A DNA stretch of 64,000 bases from Desulfobacterales bacterium (lineage in GTDB: Bacteria > Desulfobacterota > Desulfobacteria > Desulfobacterales > SURF-7): positions 45,468-109,467 of the forward strand of contig JAWOIJ010000053.1 in NCBI GenBank assembly GCA_046484745.1, written 5' to 3'. Below the pieces are notes generated by a model. It had not been told where the DNA came from, did no database searches, and worked only from the letters and a program-made list of their open reading frames with translations. Shown here in pieces: positions 47,426 to 57,232 of this stretch. Each line of letters starts with the position of its first letter. Position 1 is the first letter of the stretch. The position numbers and the translations under genes were made by a program.

Positions 47426-49807
47426 ATGGAACCCGAACTGCTAACTCCCGAACAGATTGCCGAAGACCGTGTCGGAAGATTGAGGCAAAGGCTGATCAAC
47501 GCGCCGCAGGAAGTTTGTGTTGAAAGGGCCCGATATCTGACACAGGCCATGAAGGAAAACTGGGACAAAGACCATCTGACACGGATGAGTCTCGCGCTCG
47601 AGAAAATTCTGCACAACATTAGCATCGCCATCCGGGAGGATGAAATTATCGTGGGCTGCCGTACGAGCAAGCTGAAAGGCGCTCCGCTCTTCCCTGAAAA
47701 CAAGGTTCGATGGCTTGCAATCGATGTGGAAAATTTTGACAGGCGGATGGTTCAACGCGCACTCATACGGGAAAATGAAAAACAGGAGCTTTTGAATGAT
47801 ATTATTCCGTTCTGGGAAGGAAAAACCGTTGAAGACCGATATGAGGCACTCCTTCCGGATGAGATCGCGGAAGATGTGGATAAATATGTTTTTACCTTTA
47901 TGCTGCAAATAACCTATGGAATCGGCCATTTTACAATGGATCACGCCAAGGTTCTTGCCATGGGGCTTTCCGGAATCATTGACGAGGCACAAAACAGGCT
48001 GGGACTCCTTTCTGAAAAAGAGAAAGCTGGTGAAACCGGAAAGTTTTACGAATCGGTAATCCGATCTCTCCATGCGGCGATTCATTTTGCCCGAAGATTC
48101 TCGAAGCTGGCTTCACAGATGGCCGGAGAAGCGAATGATCCGGTCAGAAAAAAGGAACTGGAGGAGATCGCTCTGGTGTGCAGCCGGGTTCCTGAAAAAC
48201 CCGCTGAAACCTTTCATGAAGCGGTGCAGAGTTTCTTTTTTATTCATCTGATTTCTCAGATCGAATCCGGCGGAAATTCGATTTCACTGGGACGAATCGA
48301 TCAGGTTTTGTATCCTTTTTATAAAAAGGATCTGGAGAGCGGTAAGATTACGCCGGCTAAAGCAAGAGAGCTCCTCTCACTCCTTTTTCTCAAAATCGGA
48401 GAATTATGGAATGTGCTCGAAGAGGCTTATATCCCCGGCGGGGAGGGGACAGAGGGAAAAACAACGCAGAATGTCACTGTCGGGGGTATTGACAGAACCG
48501 GAGCCGATTCTACCAATGAGCTGAGCTATATCGGTCTGGATGCATATGCGGCTATCCGGACGGTCCAACCCAATTTTGGTGTACGCCTCAGTAAAAAATC
48601 TCCGGAGTTTTTCTTCATGAAGGCAATCGAGTATGCCAAAGACGGGGTTCTTCTTCACTTTCTCAATGACGATGCCATTGTTCCCTCTCTCATCCATGCC
48701 GGGCATGCAGAGGAGGATGCGAGAGACTACGGCGTTGTCGGCTGCCTGGAACCCAATGCGCAGGGGAAAACGTTCGGTTCCACATTTGCCGCGCAATTCA
48801 ACGGGTGCAAGTGCCTCGAATTCGCGTTGAGCAACGGGGTGGACAATATTTTCGGCTACACCTCCGGTCTTGAAACAGGCGATCCCGCCGATTTTAAAAC
48901 ATTTGAAGATGTCTGGTCGGCATATGACCGTCAGGTCATTCATTTTATCGGCCAGTTAACCGGTGGAATGGAGTGCCTTGACCGGGCAATCTCCGAACTG
49001 GTTCCGTCCCCGTTTGCTTCGGCAATGATCGAAGGCCCTCTTGAAAAAGGAATGGATCTCACAAAGGGCGGTGCCGTATACAACTCAACCGGGGTCCAGA
49101 TCATGGGCTTTTCCAATATAGCGGACAGCCTTTATGCGGTTAAAAAAATGGTGTTTGAGGAAAAGAAATTCTCGTTTGCCGATCTGGTCAAGTGGCTTTC
49201 GGACGACTGGATGGATGCAGAAGATAAACAGGTTTTTTTCCGAAACAAGGTTGAAAAATACGGCAATGACATCGGCCCGGTAGATGAGATGGCCGTGAAA
49301 GTAGCCGGGCATTTTTGTGATGTTCTTGAAAAATACCGCAATTTTCGAGGCGGAGCGTATTGGCCGGGAATTTTTTCCGTAGGGTTTCATATCACCATGG
49401 GCGCATTCACTGCAGCGACTCCAGACGGCAGGTTTGCCGGAGATGCTCTGGGAAACGGGGTTACGCCCAGCAATGGCCTTGCGGTCTCAGGTCCTACTGC
49501 GATTATGAATTCAGTCAGCAAGCTCCCCCTGCGGCGGATTTATAATGGAATGAATCTCAATATGCGTTTTCAGGGAAAAAAGATAAAAAGTCGTGACCTC
49601 ATGTCTCTGATAAAAACGTATTTTGGTAATGGAGGATTTCAGGTTCAATTCAACATGGTTGATTCCGATACGCTTCGAAATGCGCAGGCAAAGCCTGAGA
49701 GTTATCGGGATCTTGTTGTCAGGATCAGCGGATATTCCGGTATATTTATCAGCCTGAGCGATATCGCCCAGGATGAGATCATCAGAAGAACCGAATATGA
49801 AATGTAA
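47426..49807 (+). CDS. glycyl-radical enzyme, PFL2/eliminase-type (GRE-2), paralog of GRE-1
   Basis: 793 aa. Cys loop VVGCLEP (Cys440 codon 48743..48745, Glu442). Glycyl radical motif LVVRISGYSGIFISL (Gly769 codon 49730..49732). Confidence 0.92.
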   Translation: MEPELLTPEQIAEDRVGRLRQRLINAPQEVCVERARYLTQAMKENWDKDHLTRMSLALEKILHNISIAIREDEIIVGCRTSKLKGAPLFPENKVRWLAIDVENFDRRMVQRALIRENEKQELLNDIIPFWEGKTVEDRYEALLPDEIAEDVDKYVFTFMLQITYGIGHFTMDHAKVLAMGLSGIIDEAQNRLGLLSEKEKAGETGKFYESVIRSLHAAIHFARRFSKLASQMAGEANDPVRKKELEEIALVCSRVPEKPAETFHEAVQSFFFIHLISQIESGGNSISLGRIDQVLYPFYKKDLESGKITPAKARELLSLLFLKIGELWNVLEEAYIPGGEGTEGKTTQNVTVGGIDRTGADSTNELSYIGLDAYAAIRTVQPNFGVRLSKKSPEFFFMKAIEYAKDGVLLHFLNDDAIVPSLIHAGHAEEDARDYGVVGCLEPNAQGKTFGSTFAAQFNGCKCLEFALSNGVDNIFGYTSGLETGDPADFKTFEDVWSAYDRQVIHFIGQLTGGMECLDRAISELVPSPFASAMIEGPLEKGMDLTKGGAVYNSTGVQIMGFSNIADSLYAVKKMVFEEKKFSFADLVKWLSDDWMDAEDKQVFFRNKVEKYGNDIGPVDEMAVKVAGHFCDVLEKYRNFRGGAYWPGIFSVGFHITMGAFTAATPDGRFAGDALGNGVTPSNGLAVSGPTAIMNSVSKLPLRRIYNGMNLNMRFQGKKIKSRDLMSLIKTYFGNGGFQVQFNMVDSDTLRNAQAKPESYRDLVVRISGYSGIFISLSDIAQDEIIRRTEYEM

Positions 49808-49827
49808 TGGATAAAGGAAAAAATTGA

Positions 49828-50763
49828 ATGGAAAAGGTGATGACAATCAAAGAGGCGGTTTCCAGGTTTGTTCGATCAGGAGATTTCCTGTATATCGGCG
49901 GATATATCTGCAGACCTCCTTTCTCGGCGATTCATGAAATTATCAGGCAGGGGCTCAAGGATCTGACCATAACCCGATGCAATGCCGCTGATGATTTTGA
50001 CATGCTGATCGGCGCGGGCGCTGTAAAGCGTTTTATCGGGACATTTCTTTCCCTTGGGGTATATGGGCTTGGCCGCTGCTACAGGCGATCAATTGAAAAG
50101 GGAATTCCGCATAAGGTTGAAGTGGAAGAATACTCCAACCTGTCGCTTCCGATGATGCTTTTTGCAGGATCGATGGGGATGCCTTTTGTTCCGGTTAAAG
50201 ATATGGTGGGGACCGACCTTTTAAATGTCAGATCATTTATGGGGGACAACAAATACAAAATGATCGATTCTCCGTTTGATGGAAGCCCGACACTTCTGGT
50301 CCCGGCGCTGCACCCTGATGTCGCGATCATTCATGTACAGCAGGCTGACAAGTACGGCAATGCGCAGATATGGGGTATTGCCGGTGACTGTCAGGCAGGA
50401 GCCAATGCTGCCGAAAAGGTCATTGTTTCCTGTGAACGGATCGTTGACCGGGAGATAATCGGGAAAGACCCTTCGCGCACGATCGTTCCTTCTTTCAAGG
50501 TGGTGGCGGTTGTGGAAGAACCGTTTGGAGCTCATCCCGGGTATACTCCCGGATTTTATGATGTGGATTTTTCATACGGTTATCTGTATCAGCAGGCCTC
50601 CAATACGGTTGACGGGTTTAATGATTTTTTAAAAGAATGGGTATATGACATAGAAGACCGGAATGCATACATACAGCATTTCATTGAACGCTTCGGGTAT
50701 GAGGTATTCAGCAAGCTTCAGGCGGATTTTGATTACAGCTATCCGGTTAGCTATGCCTATTAA
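49828..50763 (+). CDS. CoA-transferase subunit A (family I, glutaconate-CoA-transferase-like)
   Basis: MTIKEAVSRFVRSGDFLYIGGY and ALHPDVAIIHVQQADKYGNAQIWG are typical of the alpha subunit. Confidence 0.82.
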   Translation: MEKVMTIKEAVSRFVRSGDFLYIGGYICRPPFSAIHEIIRQGLKDLTITRCNAADDFDMLIGAGAVKRFIGTFLSLGVYGLGRCYRRSIEKGIPHKVEVEEYSNLSLPMMLFAGSMGMPFVPVKDMVGTDLLNVRSFMGDNKYKMIDSPFDGSPTLLVPALHPDVAIIHVQQADKYGNAQIWGIAGDCQAGANAAEKVIVSCERIVDREIIGKDPSRTIVPSFKVVAVVEEPFGAHPGYTPGFYDVDFSYGYLYQQASNTVDGFNDFLKEWVYDIEDRNAYIQHFIERFGYEVFSKLQADFDYSYPVSYAY

Positions 50764-50805
50764 AGATAATTAAAAACTTTTTAAAGCTTCTTGCGGAGTG
50801 GAAAC

Positions 50806-51606
50806 ATGACAAACAGTTTGAAGGAATATATCAAACCGGAGTTGATGGCGTGCTGCGGGGCAAGGGAAATCAAAGACAATGATATTGTTATCGTGGGCAC
50901 CGGCTTTCCGACCATGTCCGCCAATATCGCCAAGCAGACACACGCACCGAATGTAATATTGATGCAGGAATCCGGCGTGATCGATGCCCGGCCCAAACGG
51001 CCGGCGCTGTCAGTCGGAGATCCCTGTCTTAACCCGGGCGCGGCAATGGTGGGAGGGCTTCTGGAAATTATGGGAATGTGCCTTCAGGCCGGATGGGTTG
51101 ACGTAGGTTTTCTGTCCGGAAGCCAGGTAGACAAGTTCGGAAATATCAACACCACGGTAATTGGTGATTATCACAAACCCAAAAGCCGTCTGCCCGGAAG
51201 CGGAGGTGCGAATCCAATCGGATCCCTGGTGAAAAGGACATTGATCATTGCGTTGCATGACAAAAGACGGCTGGCGGGAAAAGTCGATTTTATTACGACA
51301 CCCGGCTATATTGACGGGCCCGATGCAAGACGGAAATGGGGACTTCCGCCGGAGACCGGTCCGGAATGTATTATTACGAATAAAGCGGTATTGAGGTTTG
51401 ATTCGGAGAGCCGGGAGGCTTATCTGGCTTCTTTTCATCCCGGATCTTCGGTAGAGGAAATCCTTGAAAACACCCCCTGGGACCTCAAGGTCGCGGAAGA
51501 TGTTCATGAAACAGAACCGCCCACGGTTGAAGAGCTGAAAGCGATTCGGGAGGTGCTGGATCCCCACAGAATGATCAGTATGTATGAAAAGCGCGGATAT
51601 GTATAG
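50806..51606 (+). CDS. CoA-transferase subunit B (family I)
   Basis: VGTGFPT, candidate catalytic Glu in LMQESGVID, DKFGNINTTVIG, PGSGGANPI. SD GGAGTGG precedes ATG 50806; the track TTG 50791 is upstream. Confidence 0.82.
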   Translation: MTNSLKEYIKPELMACCGAREIKDNDIVIVGTGFPTMSANIAKQTHAPNVILMQESGVIDARPKRPALSVGDPCLNPGAAMVGGLLEIMGMCLQAGWVDVGFLSGSQVDKFGNINTTVIGDYHKPKSRLPGSGGANPIGSLVKRTLIIALHDKRRLAGKVDFITTPGYIDGPDARRKWGLPPETGPECIITNKAVLRFDSESREAYLASFHPGSSVEEILENTPWDLKVAEDVHETEPPTVEELKAIREVLDPHRMISMYEKRGYV

Positions 51607-51708
51607 AACCAGTTCCATCAATGATTTTTAAAATCCGTTTCGGTTATACTGTCTAAATTTTGTCCGGCATTAAACGGGATGGATATTTGACCTGTAATGG
51701 AGGAATCA

Positions 51709-53076
51709 ATGGATCATACCAGAAAGCTGGCTGATTTTTGTTCAGACCTGTCACTTAAGGAACTCCCCCCGGAAGTCATTCACATGGCAAAACGATGCGT
51801 GCTGGATTATATCGCCAACATTTACGGTTCACTTCAACTCGATGCGGTACAGCGGGTGATCTCATACATCAAGACGATTCAAAAAAACGGGGATACAACC
51901 GTTCTGGGCTGTGATTTTAAAACCAGCATACATCTGGCCGCTTTTATTAACGGTACCACCGCAGAGGCCATAGAAGCGCAGGATGGCGTCCGTTTTGGAG
52001 GCAACCATCCCTGTGCGGCCGTCATCCCGGCAGCTTTTGCCGTGGCGGAACAAAGAAATTCAGGCGGCGGCAGATTCATAGAAGCGGTGGTTGCCGGATA
52101 TGAGGCGGCCAACAGACCGGCTGCCGCCATGCATCCCTGGCATACACTTTCAGGGTTTCTGCCAACAGGGACTTGTGGCACATTCGGAGCGGCAGCAGCA
52201 GCAGCCAAACTCAGCGATTTTACCGCAGACCAGATGTTGAATGCCATTGCAAACGCGGGCTATATTCTTCCCATTTCCATGGCGGAACATTTAATGGGAG
52301 GATATACCATAAAAATCGTTCAGGGCGGACAGGCGGCCGGTGCCGGAATTATGGCTTCCGGTCTTGCCGGAGCTGGTCTTACCGGCACCCCCTTTGTTCT
52401 TGAAGGCTCCGAACTGAACGGAGGGTTCACCAAGATCACCACGCAGGTAGCGCCGAAATTTAATCTGATCTCCGATGACCTGGGAAAGAAATATTCCATC
52501 ATGGATGTCTATTTCAAACCCTATACAGCCTGCCGGCATACCCATGGTGCAGCCCAGGCAGCCCTTGAACTGGCAAGGGAAAATAAAATTGGACCGGAAG
52601 ATGTTAAAACCGTTGAAGTACATACATACGGAATCGCGGAACTGGCTGTTGGAAAAGGCGTAGCGGAAAATGATACTTTTGTATCCGCCCAGTTCTCTAT
52701 TCCCTATGTTGTTGCCGTGTGCCTGTCAGATGGCGAACTCGGTCCGAAACAGCTTACGGAAAAGAGACTGGCGGATTCCAACCTGATCGAGCTTTCCAGA
52801 AAGATTCGTGTAACAACAGACGAAAAACTGAACCAGGCATATCCGGATAAAACCAGCAGCCGGATTGAAGTCTGCTTGAAAAATGGAGAAATCCTGAAAA
52901 AGCAGATTGATATTCCAAAAGGAGATCCGCGGGATCCAATGGATGTGGATGACATTGCCGCAAAGATTAAAAATTTTGCAGACCAACGCGATCCTCAGAA
53001 GCTCGATGAACTGATCGGGATGATCCTCGAGCTTGAAAAGGTGGACAGTGTTCGAAGAATTATAGAAATGATTTAA
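51709..53076 (+). CDS. MmgE/PrpD-family protein (2-methylcitrate-dehydratase superfamily)
   Basis: LADFCSDLSLKELPPEVIHMAKRCVLDYIAN and FKPYTACRHTHGAAQAAL are characteristic of the family. Confidence 0.85.
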   Translation: MDHTRKLADFCSDLSLKELPPEVIHMAKRCVLDYIANIYGSLQLDAVQRVISYIKTIQKNGDTTVLGCDFKTSIHLAAFINGTTAEAIEAQDGVRFGGNHPCAAVIPAAFAVAEQRNSGGGRFIEAVVAGYEAANRPAAAMHPWHTLSGFLPTGTCGTFGAAAAAAKLSDFTADQMLNAIANAGYILPISMAEHLMGGYTIKIVQGGQAAGAGIMASGLAGAGLTGTPFVLEGSELNGGFTKITTQVAPKFNLISDDLGKKYSIMDVYFKPYTACRHTHGAAQAALELARENKIGPEDVKTVEVHTYGIAELAVGKGVAENDTFVSAQFSIPYVVAVCLSDGELGPKQLTEKRLADSNLIELSRKIRVTTDEKLNQAYPDKTSSRIEVCLKNGEILKKQIDIPKGDPRDPMDVDDIAAKIKNFADQRDPQKLDELIGMILELEKVDSVRRIIEMI

Positions 53077-53142
53077 TGCAGGCTCTGGTCTGAATTTTTG
53101 CCGGAACCCTGTAGAAGGATCGACAATATACAAGGAGGACAA

Positions 53143-54303
53143 ATGGACTTTAGTTTGAACAAAGAACAGACCATGTTGATACAGTCTCTTCAGGATATGG
53201 GAAAAAGAGAAAAGTTCACGGAACTTGCCGCGGAAACAGACAGAACAGGGGAATTCCCTCATTATTTAATGCAAAAGTATGCGGAGATGGGGCTGATCGG
53301 CATGTCTCTTTCCCCGGAGTACGGAGGAGAAGGCGAACCTTCACTCACGGCCATTCTGGCTATTGAAGCACTGGCAAAATACAGTCCCATGATTGCCGCA
53401 CCTGTTTTCGAGTCCAATGTCGGTCCGGTCAGGGTGATTGACATGTTCGGCACTGATGAACAGAAAAAGCGTATTATTCCCGGTGTCTGTAAAGGAGAGT
53501 TCAGCGTATCGGTCTGCATGACGGAGCCGGAGGCAGGTTCGGACCTGACGTCTCTTTCCACGATACTTGAAAAAAAGGATGGCCATTATGTTCTAAATGG
53601 CCGGAAATCCTTTATCACAGGTGGCGGTATGGCCAGTCATTATCTGGTTTATACCCGATTTGGTGATGTAAAGGGATATAAGGGCATCGGTGCGGTTATT
53701 GTCGAAAAGGGAACGCCCGGCTTCAGCTTCGGGAAACAGGAAGAGTTCATGGGGCTCCGCGGGATGCCTTCATGTGATCTTTTTTTTGACGACGTTGCTG
53801 TTCCGGAGGAAAATATCGTCATCCGCCAGGGTGATTTCGGCAACCTCATGCTGACTTTTGATATCGAGCGATGCGGGAATGCCGCGATGTGCCTTGGAAT
53901 CGCCGGCGGCGCTCTCGATTTTGCCAGGGCCTATGCTCTGGAGAGAAAAGCGTTTGGCCGTCCGATCTGCGAATTTCAGGATATTCAGTTTATGATCGCG
54001 GACATGGCCATGAAACTCGATGCGGCCCGTCTTCTTGTATATCGCGCTGCAAACGGGGCGGGCCAGGGGCTGCCGTCAATCTATGAAGCTTCCATGGGAA
54101 AATGTTTTGCCAATGAGATGGTGCGGGAGGTTACGGATAAGGCCATGCAGATACTGGGAGGCTACGGATACAGCAAAGAATTTCCCGTTGAACGGATGCT
54201 CCGGGACAGCCGGGCATGGGGCGTGGCCGGGGGAACCCTTCAGATGCTGAAGGTGACCATGGCCAGTATTGTTTTCGGCAGGCGCTTTGACCAGAGAAAA
54301 TAG
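53143..54303 (+). CDS. acyl-CoA dehydrogenase
   Basis: MTEPEAGSDL, KSFITGG and the catalytic-base context GGYGYSKEFPVERMLRDSR. SD AGGAGG precedes ATG 53143. Confidence 0.9.
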   Translation: MDFSLNKEQTMLIQSLQDMGKREKFTELAAETDRTGEFPHYLMQKYAEMGLIGMSLSPEYGGEGEPSLTAILAIEALAKYSPMIAAPVFESNVGPVRVIDMFGTDEQKKRIIPGVCKGEFSVSVCMTEPEAGSDLTSLSTILEKKDGHYVLNGRKSFITGGGMASHYLVYTRFGDVKGYKGIGAVIVEKGTPGFSFGKQEEFMGLRGMPSCDLFFDDVAVPEENIVIRQGDFGNLMLTFDIERCGNAAMCLGIAGGALDFARAYALERKAFGRPICEFQDIQFMIADMAMKLDAARLLVYRAANGAGQGLPSIYEASMGKCFANEMVREVTDKAMQILGGYGYSKEFPVERMLRDSRAWGVAGGTLQMLKVTMASIVFGRRFDQRK

Positions 54304-54399
54304 GCTGCCGGCTGGAAAACAACGATTTCAATTCATGAATGTGACGTCGATAAGCAATCGACTTGACATTGAGAACCATTTCACCTCAGGGAGGGATTT

Positions 54400-54840
54400 A
54401 TGAGCGAGTATTATCGTGATGCAGATCATCTTTTGGAGATATACGATTATTTTTTATCCAATGTGCTTCAGGACAAGAAGATCGGGCCGAAAATGGCGAA
54501 ATCGAACATCATTATCAAGTTTATATACACCGATCCGGATTGTGAAATCACAATTGATTTTAAAAATCCGCCGGAAAAAGAAGGCTACTTCGGCAACTTT
54601 TATCTGGGACCGACTCCTCTTAAAGAAGATGTATGGTCCAAACAGAGCGCGGATCACTCGCATCGATTCTGGCATGGTTTTGAAAATCCGATCGCGGCGG
54701 TTACGAGAGGGAAGGTAAGGCAGGGCGGAAAGATAACGGCCATGCTGAAACTGCTGCCTGTTGTCAAGCCCACCTTTAAAAGGTTCCCGGAGATTCTGAA
54801 GGAAATGGGTTACGAAAATCTGATCGTTCATAAAAAATAA
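54400..54840 (+). CDS. SCP2 (sterol-carrier-protein-2-like) lipid-binding domain protein
   Basis: IIIKFIYTDPDCEITIDF...AVTRGKVRQGGKITAMLKLLPV resembles the SCP2 fold pattern. 146 aa. Confidence 0.55.
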   Translation: MSEYYRDADHLLEIYDYFLSNVLQDKKIGPKMAKSNIIIKFIYTDPDCEITIDFKNPPEKEGYFGNFYLGPTPLKEDVWSKQSADHSHRFWHGFENPIAAVTRGKVRQGGKITAMLKLLPVVKPTFKRFPEILKEMGYENLIVHKK

Positions 54841-54886
54841 AAAAGACCTGGCTTATCAATCAAAATGTTGTCTGCAGGAGTCAATT

Positions 54887-56755
54887 ATGAAAGGCAATAC
54901 AGGGAAAATCATCGAGATTGATCTCAGCACTGAAAAGTTTAACATAACGGATCTGCCTGAAGCGTACTACAAAAAATATATCGGGGGAAGCGGTCTTGCC
55001 GCTAAATATTTCTGGGGAAAGGCTGATTTTAATGCGGAGCCATTGTCCGAAGGCGCCATGCTTCTGTTCATGAACGGGCCTTTTGCCGGCCTTAAACTAT
55101 CCGGGGCAAGCAGAAACTGTGTGGCAGGACGATCTCCTCTTACCGGAAATTGGGGAGATTCCTCCTGTGGCGGATATTTTGCTCCTGAGCTTCGATATGC
55201 CGGGTATGATGGTATCGCCATAACCGGCAAAGCAAAATCACCCGTTATTATTGATATCCACGGAAAAACAATTCAGCTGCTGGATGCCGCCAAGTATTGG
55301 GGCAGGGGAATCGAAGATACCAACAATGGCCTGAAAGCGGAATTCGGGAAGGATTGCCGAACGCTGGTTATCGGACCTTCCGGAGAAAACGGTGTCCGGT
55401 ATTCCTGTATCATCGGCGAGGGGCATCACACCTTTGGAAGAGCCGGCTATGGAGCGGTGATGGGCTCGAAAAATCTGAAGGCGATCACGGTAAAGGCTGA
55501 ACAGAGAAAAATGGATCTCGCCGACCCGGAGAAATATCAGGCGCTGCGAAAGGAGATCAATGAAGGGATTCGCAATTCGATGACTGCAGAAGTACTTCAT
55601 GAACTCGGAACGTCCGCCAAACTGGAAGTCGGTGTCTATGATGGTGATGTCCCCATCAGGAACTGGACATCAAACTACTGGGAGGAGATGGCTGAAGCCT
55701 TGACCGGAAGCACCCTTGCCGAAAAATATCTCACCCGAAGGGGATCCTGCGCTTTCTGCAGTATCGCCTGCAAGCGGATTGTGGAAGTAAAGGAGGGGCC
55801 GTTTCATATTCCCGAAGGTCCCGGACCTGAGTATGAGACCATTGTCTCTTTTGGCGCGCTCCTGGGATCAATGGATCTGGCGGCTGTGTGCAAAGCCGGA
55901 CGCGTATGCAATGACCTGGGATTGGACACCATATCCGCCGGCGGAACCATCGCGTGGGCAATGGAAGCCTTTGAAAAAGGGGATCTGACGGTTGAAGATA
56001 CCGATGGTGTGACGATTGCCTGGGGTGATATGAAAACAGTTATTGATGTTCTTCTGCCGGGTATTGCCGCTAAAAAAGGAAAACTCGGCGCCCTTCTCGC
56101 TGACGGGAGTGTCGCGGCAGCTAAAAAAATCGGAAAAGATTCGATTCGATACACGGCCCATTCAAAAGGCCTCGAAGCTCCGATGCATGACCCGAGAGGC
56201 GGGGGGCACGGAATGGCTCTTACTTACGCTGTCAGTCCCAGAGGCGGTTGCCATGTTTCAAGCCCGATGCTTTCGATAGAGGCCGGCGCCCGTTACTATC
56301 CGGAGATTGATTTTGAATATGATCTGGAGCCCATGACAGACGAAAACAAACCAGAGGCTGCCGTTACCGCCATCGAACTCGGAAGCATTGAAAACAGTGC
56401 CTGCTATTGCGAGTTCGCAGACCGGGAGATAACCATGCCCCAGTGGGTTGGCCTGTTTAACACCGTCGCGGGATATCCATGGGATATCAAAGAAATGATG
56501 CGGTCCGGCAGGAGAGTTTTTTATCTGAAGCGCATGATTAACTACCTGTATGGCCGCCGGGCGGCTGATGATGACCTGACGCCCAGAATGCTGTCAAAGG
56601 CAGTTGATGGAGAGCCCGAAGGAATCGAAATCAATTTCAGCGGGATGAAAAACAAGTTCTATCAGCTCACCAGACTTGATCCTGAAAAAGGAATCCCCGT
56701 CAAAGAATGTCTCCGGGAATACGATATGGAGCAGGAAGCTGAAAGGGTGTGGTGA
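54887..56755 (+). CDS. aldehyde:ferredoxin oxidoreductase (tungstopterin AOR family), AOR-1
   Basis: N-terminal YIGGSGLAAKYFW, GRSPLTG, [4Fe-4S] ligands in GSCAFCSIAC, the DTISAG pterin-binding segment and C-terminal AFOR_C. Confidence 0.9.
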   Translation: MKGNTGKIIEIDLSTEKFNITDLPEAYYKKYIGGSGLAAKYFWGKADFNAEPLSEGAMLLFMNGPFAGLKLSGASRNCVAGRSPLTGNWGDSSCGGYFAPELRYAGYDGIAITGKAKSPVIIDIHGKTIQLLDAAKYWGRGIEDTNNGLKAEFGKDCRTLVIGPSGENGVRYSCIIGEGHHTFGRAGYGAVMGSKNLKAITVKAEQRKMDLADPEKYQALRKEINEGIRNSMTAEVLHELGTSAKLEVGVYDGDVPIRNWTSNYWEEMAEALTGSTLAEKYLTRRGSCAFCSIACKRIVEVKEGPFHIPEGPGPEYETIVSFGALLGSMDLAAVCKAGRVCNDLGLDTISAGGTIAWAMEAFEKGDLTVEDTDGVTIAWGDMKTVIDVLLPGIAAKKGKLGALLADGSVAAAKKIGKDSIRYTAHSKGLEAPMHDPRGGGHGMALTYAVSPRGGCHVSSPMLSIEAGARYYPEIDFEYDLEPMTDENKPEAAVTAIELGSIENSACYCEFADREITMPQWVGLFNTVAGYPWDIKEMMRSGRRVFYLKRMINYLYGRRAADDDLTPRMLSKAVDGEPEGIEINFSGMKNKFYQLTRLDPEKGIPVKECLREYDMEQEAERVW

Positions 56756-56825
56756 TTGGTTAGGGCGGTTGTCAGAAAAACGTTCCGTTTCGATGCGCCG
56801 AAGATGATGAACCTCATTTGCTGGT

Positions 56826-56948
56826 TTACGGATGTTGATCGTTTCTAAACTCGCTTTGCTGAAATTAAAAAACTCAGCCGCTGCGCGGCTTCAAACAGTT
56901 TTAATTTCAATGCTCCGCTTCGTTAAGAAACGACAACAACATCCGTAA
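56826..56948. repeat. 123-nt imperfect long inverted repeat between convergent transcription units
   Basis: The left arm ttacggatgttgatcgtttct...gctgaaattaaaa pairs with the right arm ttttaatttcaatgc...agaaacgacaacaacatccgtaa. The apex is agccg-ctgcg-cggct. Confidence 0.7.
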
Positions 56949-57232
56949 AAGGCTTCACTCGGTTTCATCCTCTTCGGATTCAATCGGAATAGAATTATGA
57001 CAATCATTATAAAGCTGGTTTTAAAAATTCCCTTTGAGGGGGAGACACTGAAAACAAGACCGGCAAAAGATATGTTGTCCACAGGCATCCTGCAGAACAG
57101 CCAATACACACTTGATCCGGAAGTTCGTTTTGAAAACAATGCAAAAATCTATACCGTGACCACTCAATCCGGTAAATTCACTGTTCGCGGTGATGTTATG
57201 CTCCGAAGATTTTGGCAGAACTGAAGCGATAG

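Noticed and set aside
40897-56755. Assigning the GREs to a specific known function (PFL, glycerol dehydratase, CutC, IslA, X-succinate synthase)
   Set aside because: The lack of adjacent Cys-Cys argues against PFL. X-succinate synthases would need small subunits, and none is present. There is no BMC shell gene, sulfite reductase or TMA-related gene to support CutC, IslA or Pdu-type roles. Motif reading alone cannot discriminate further.
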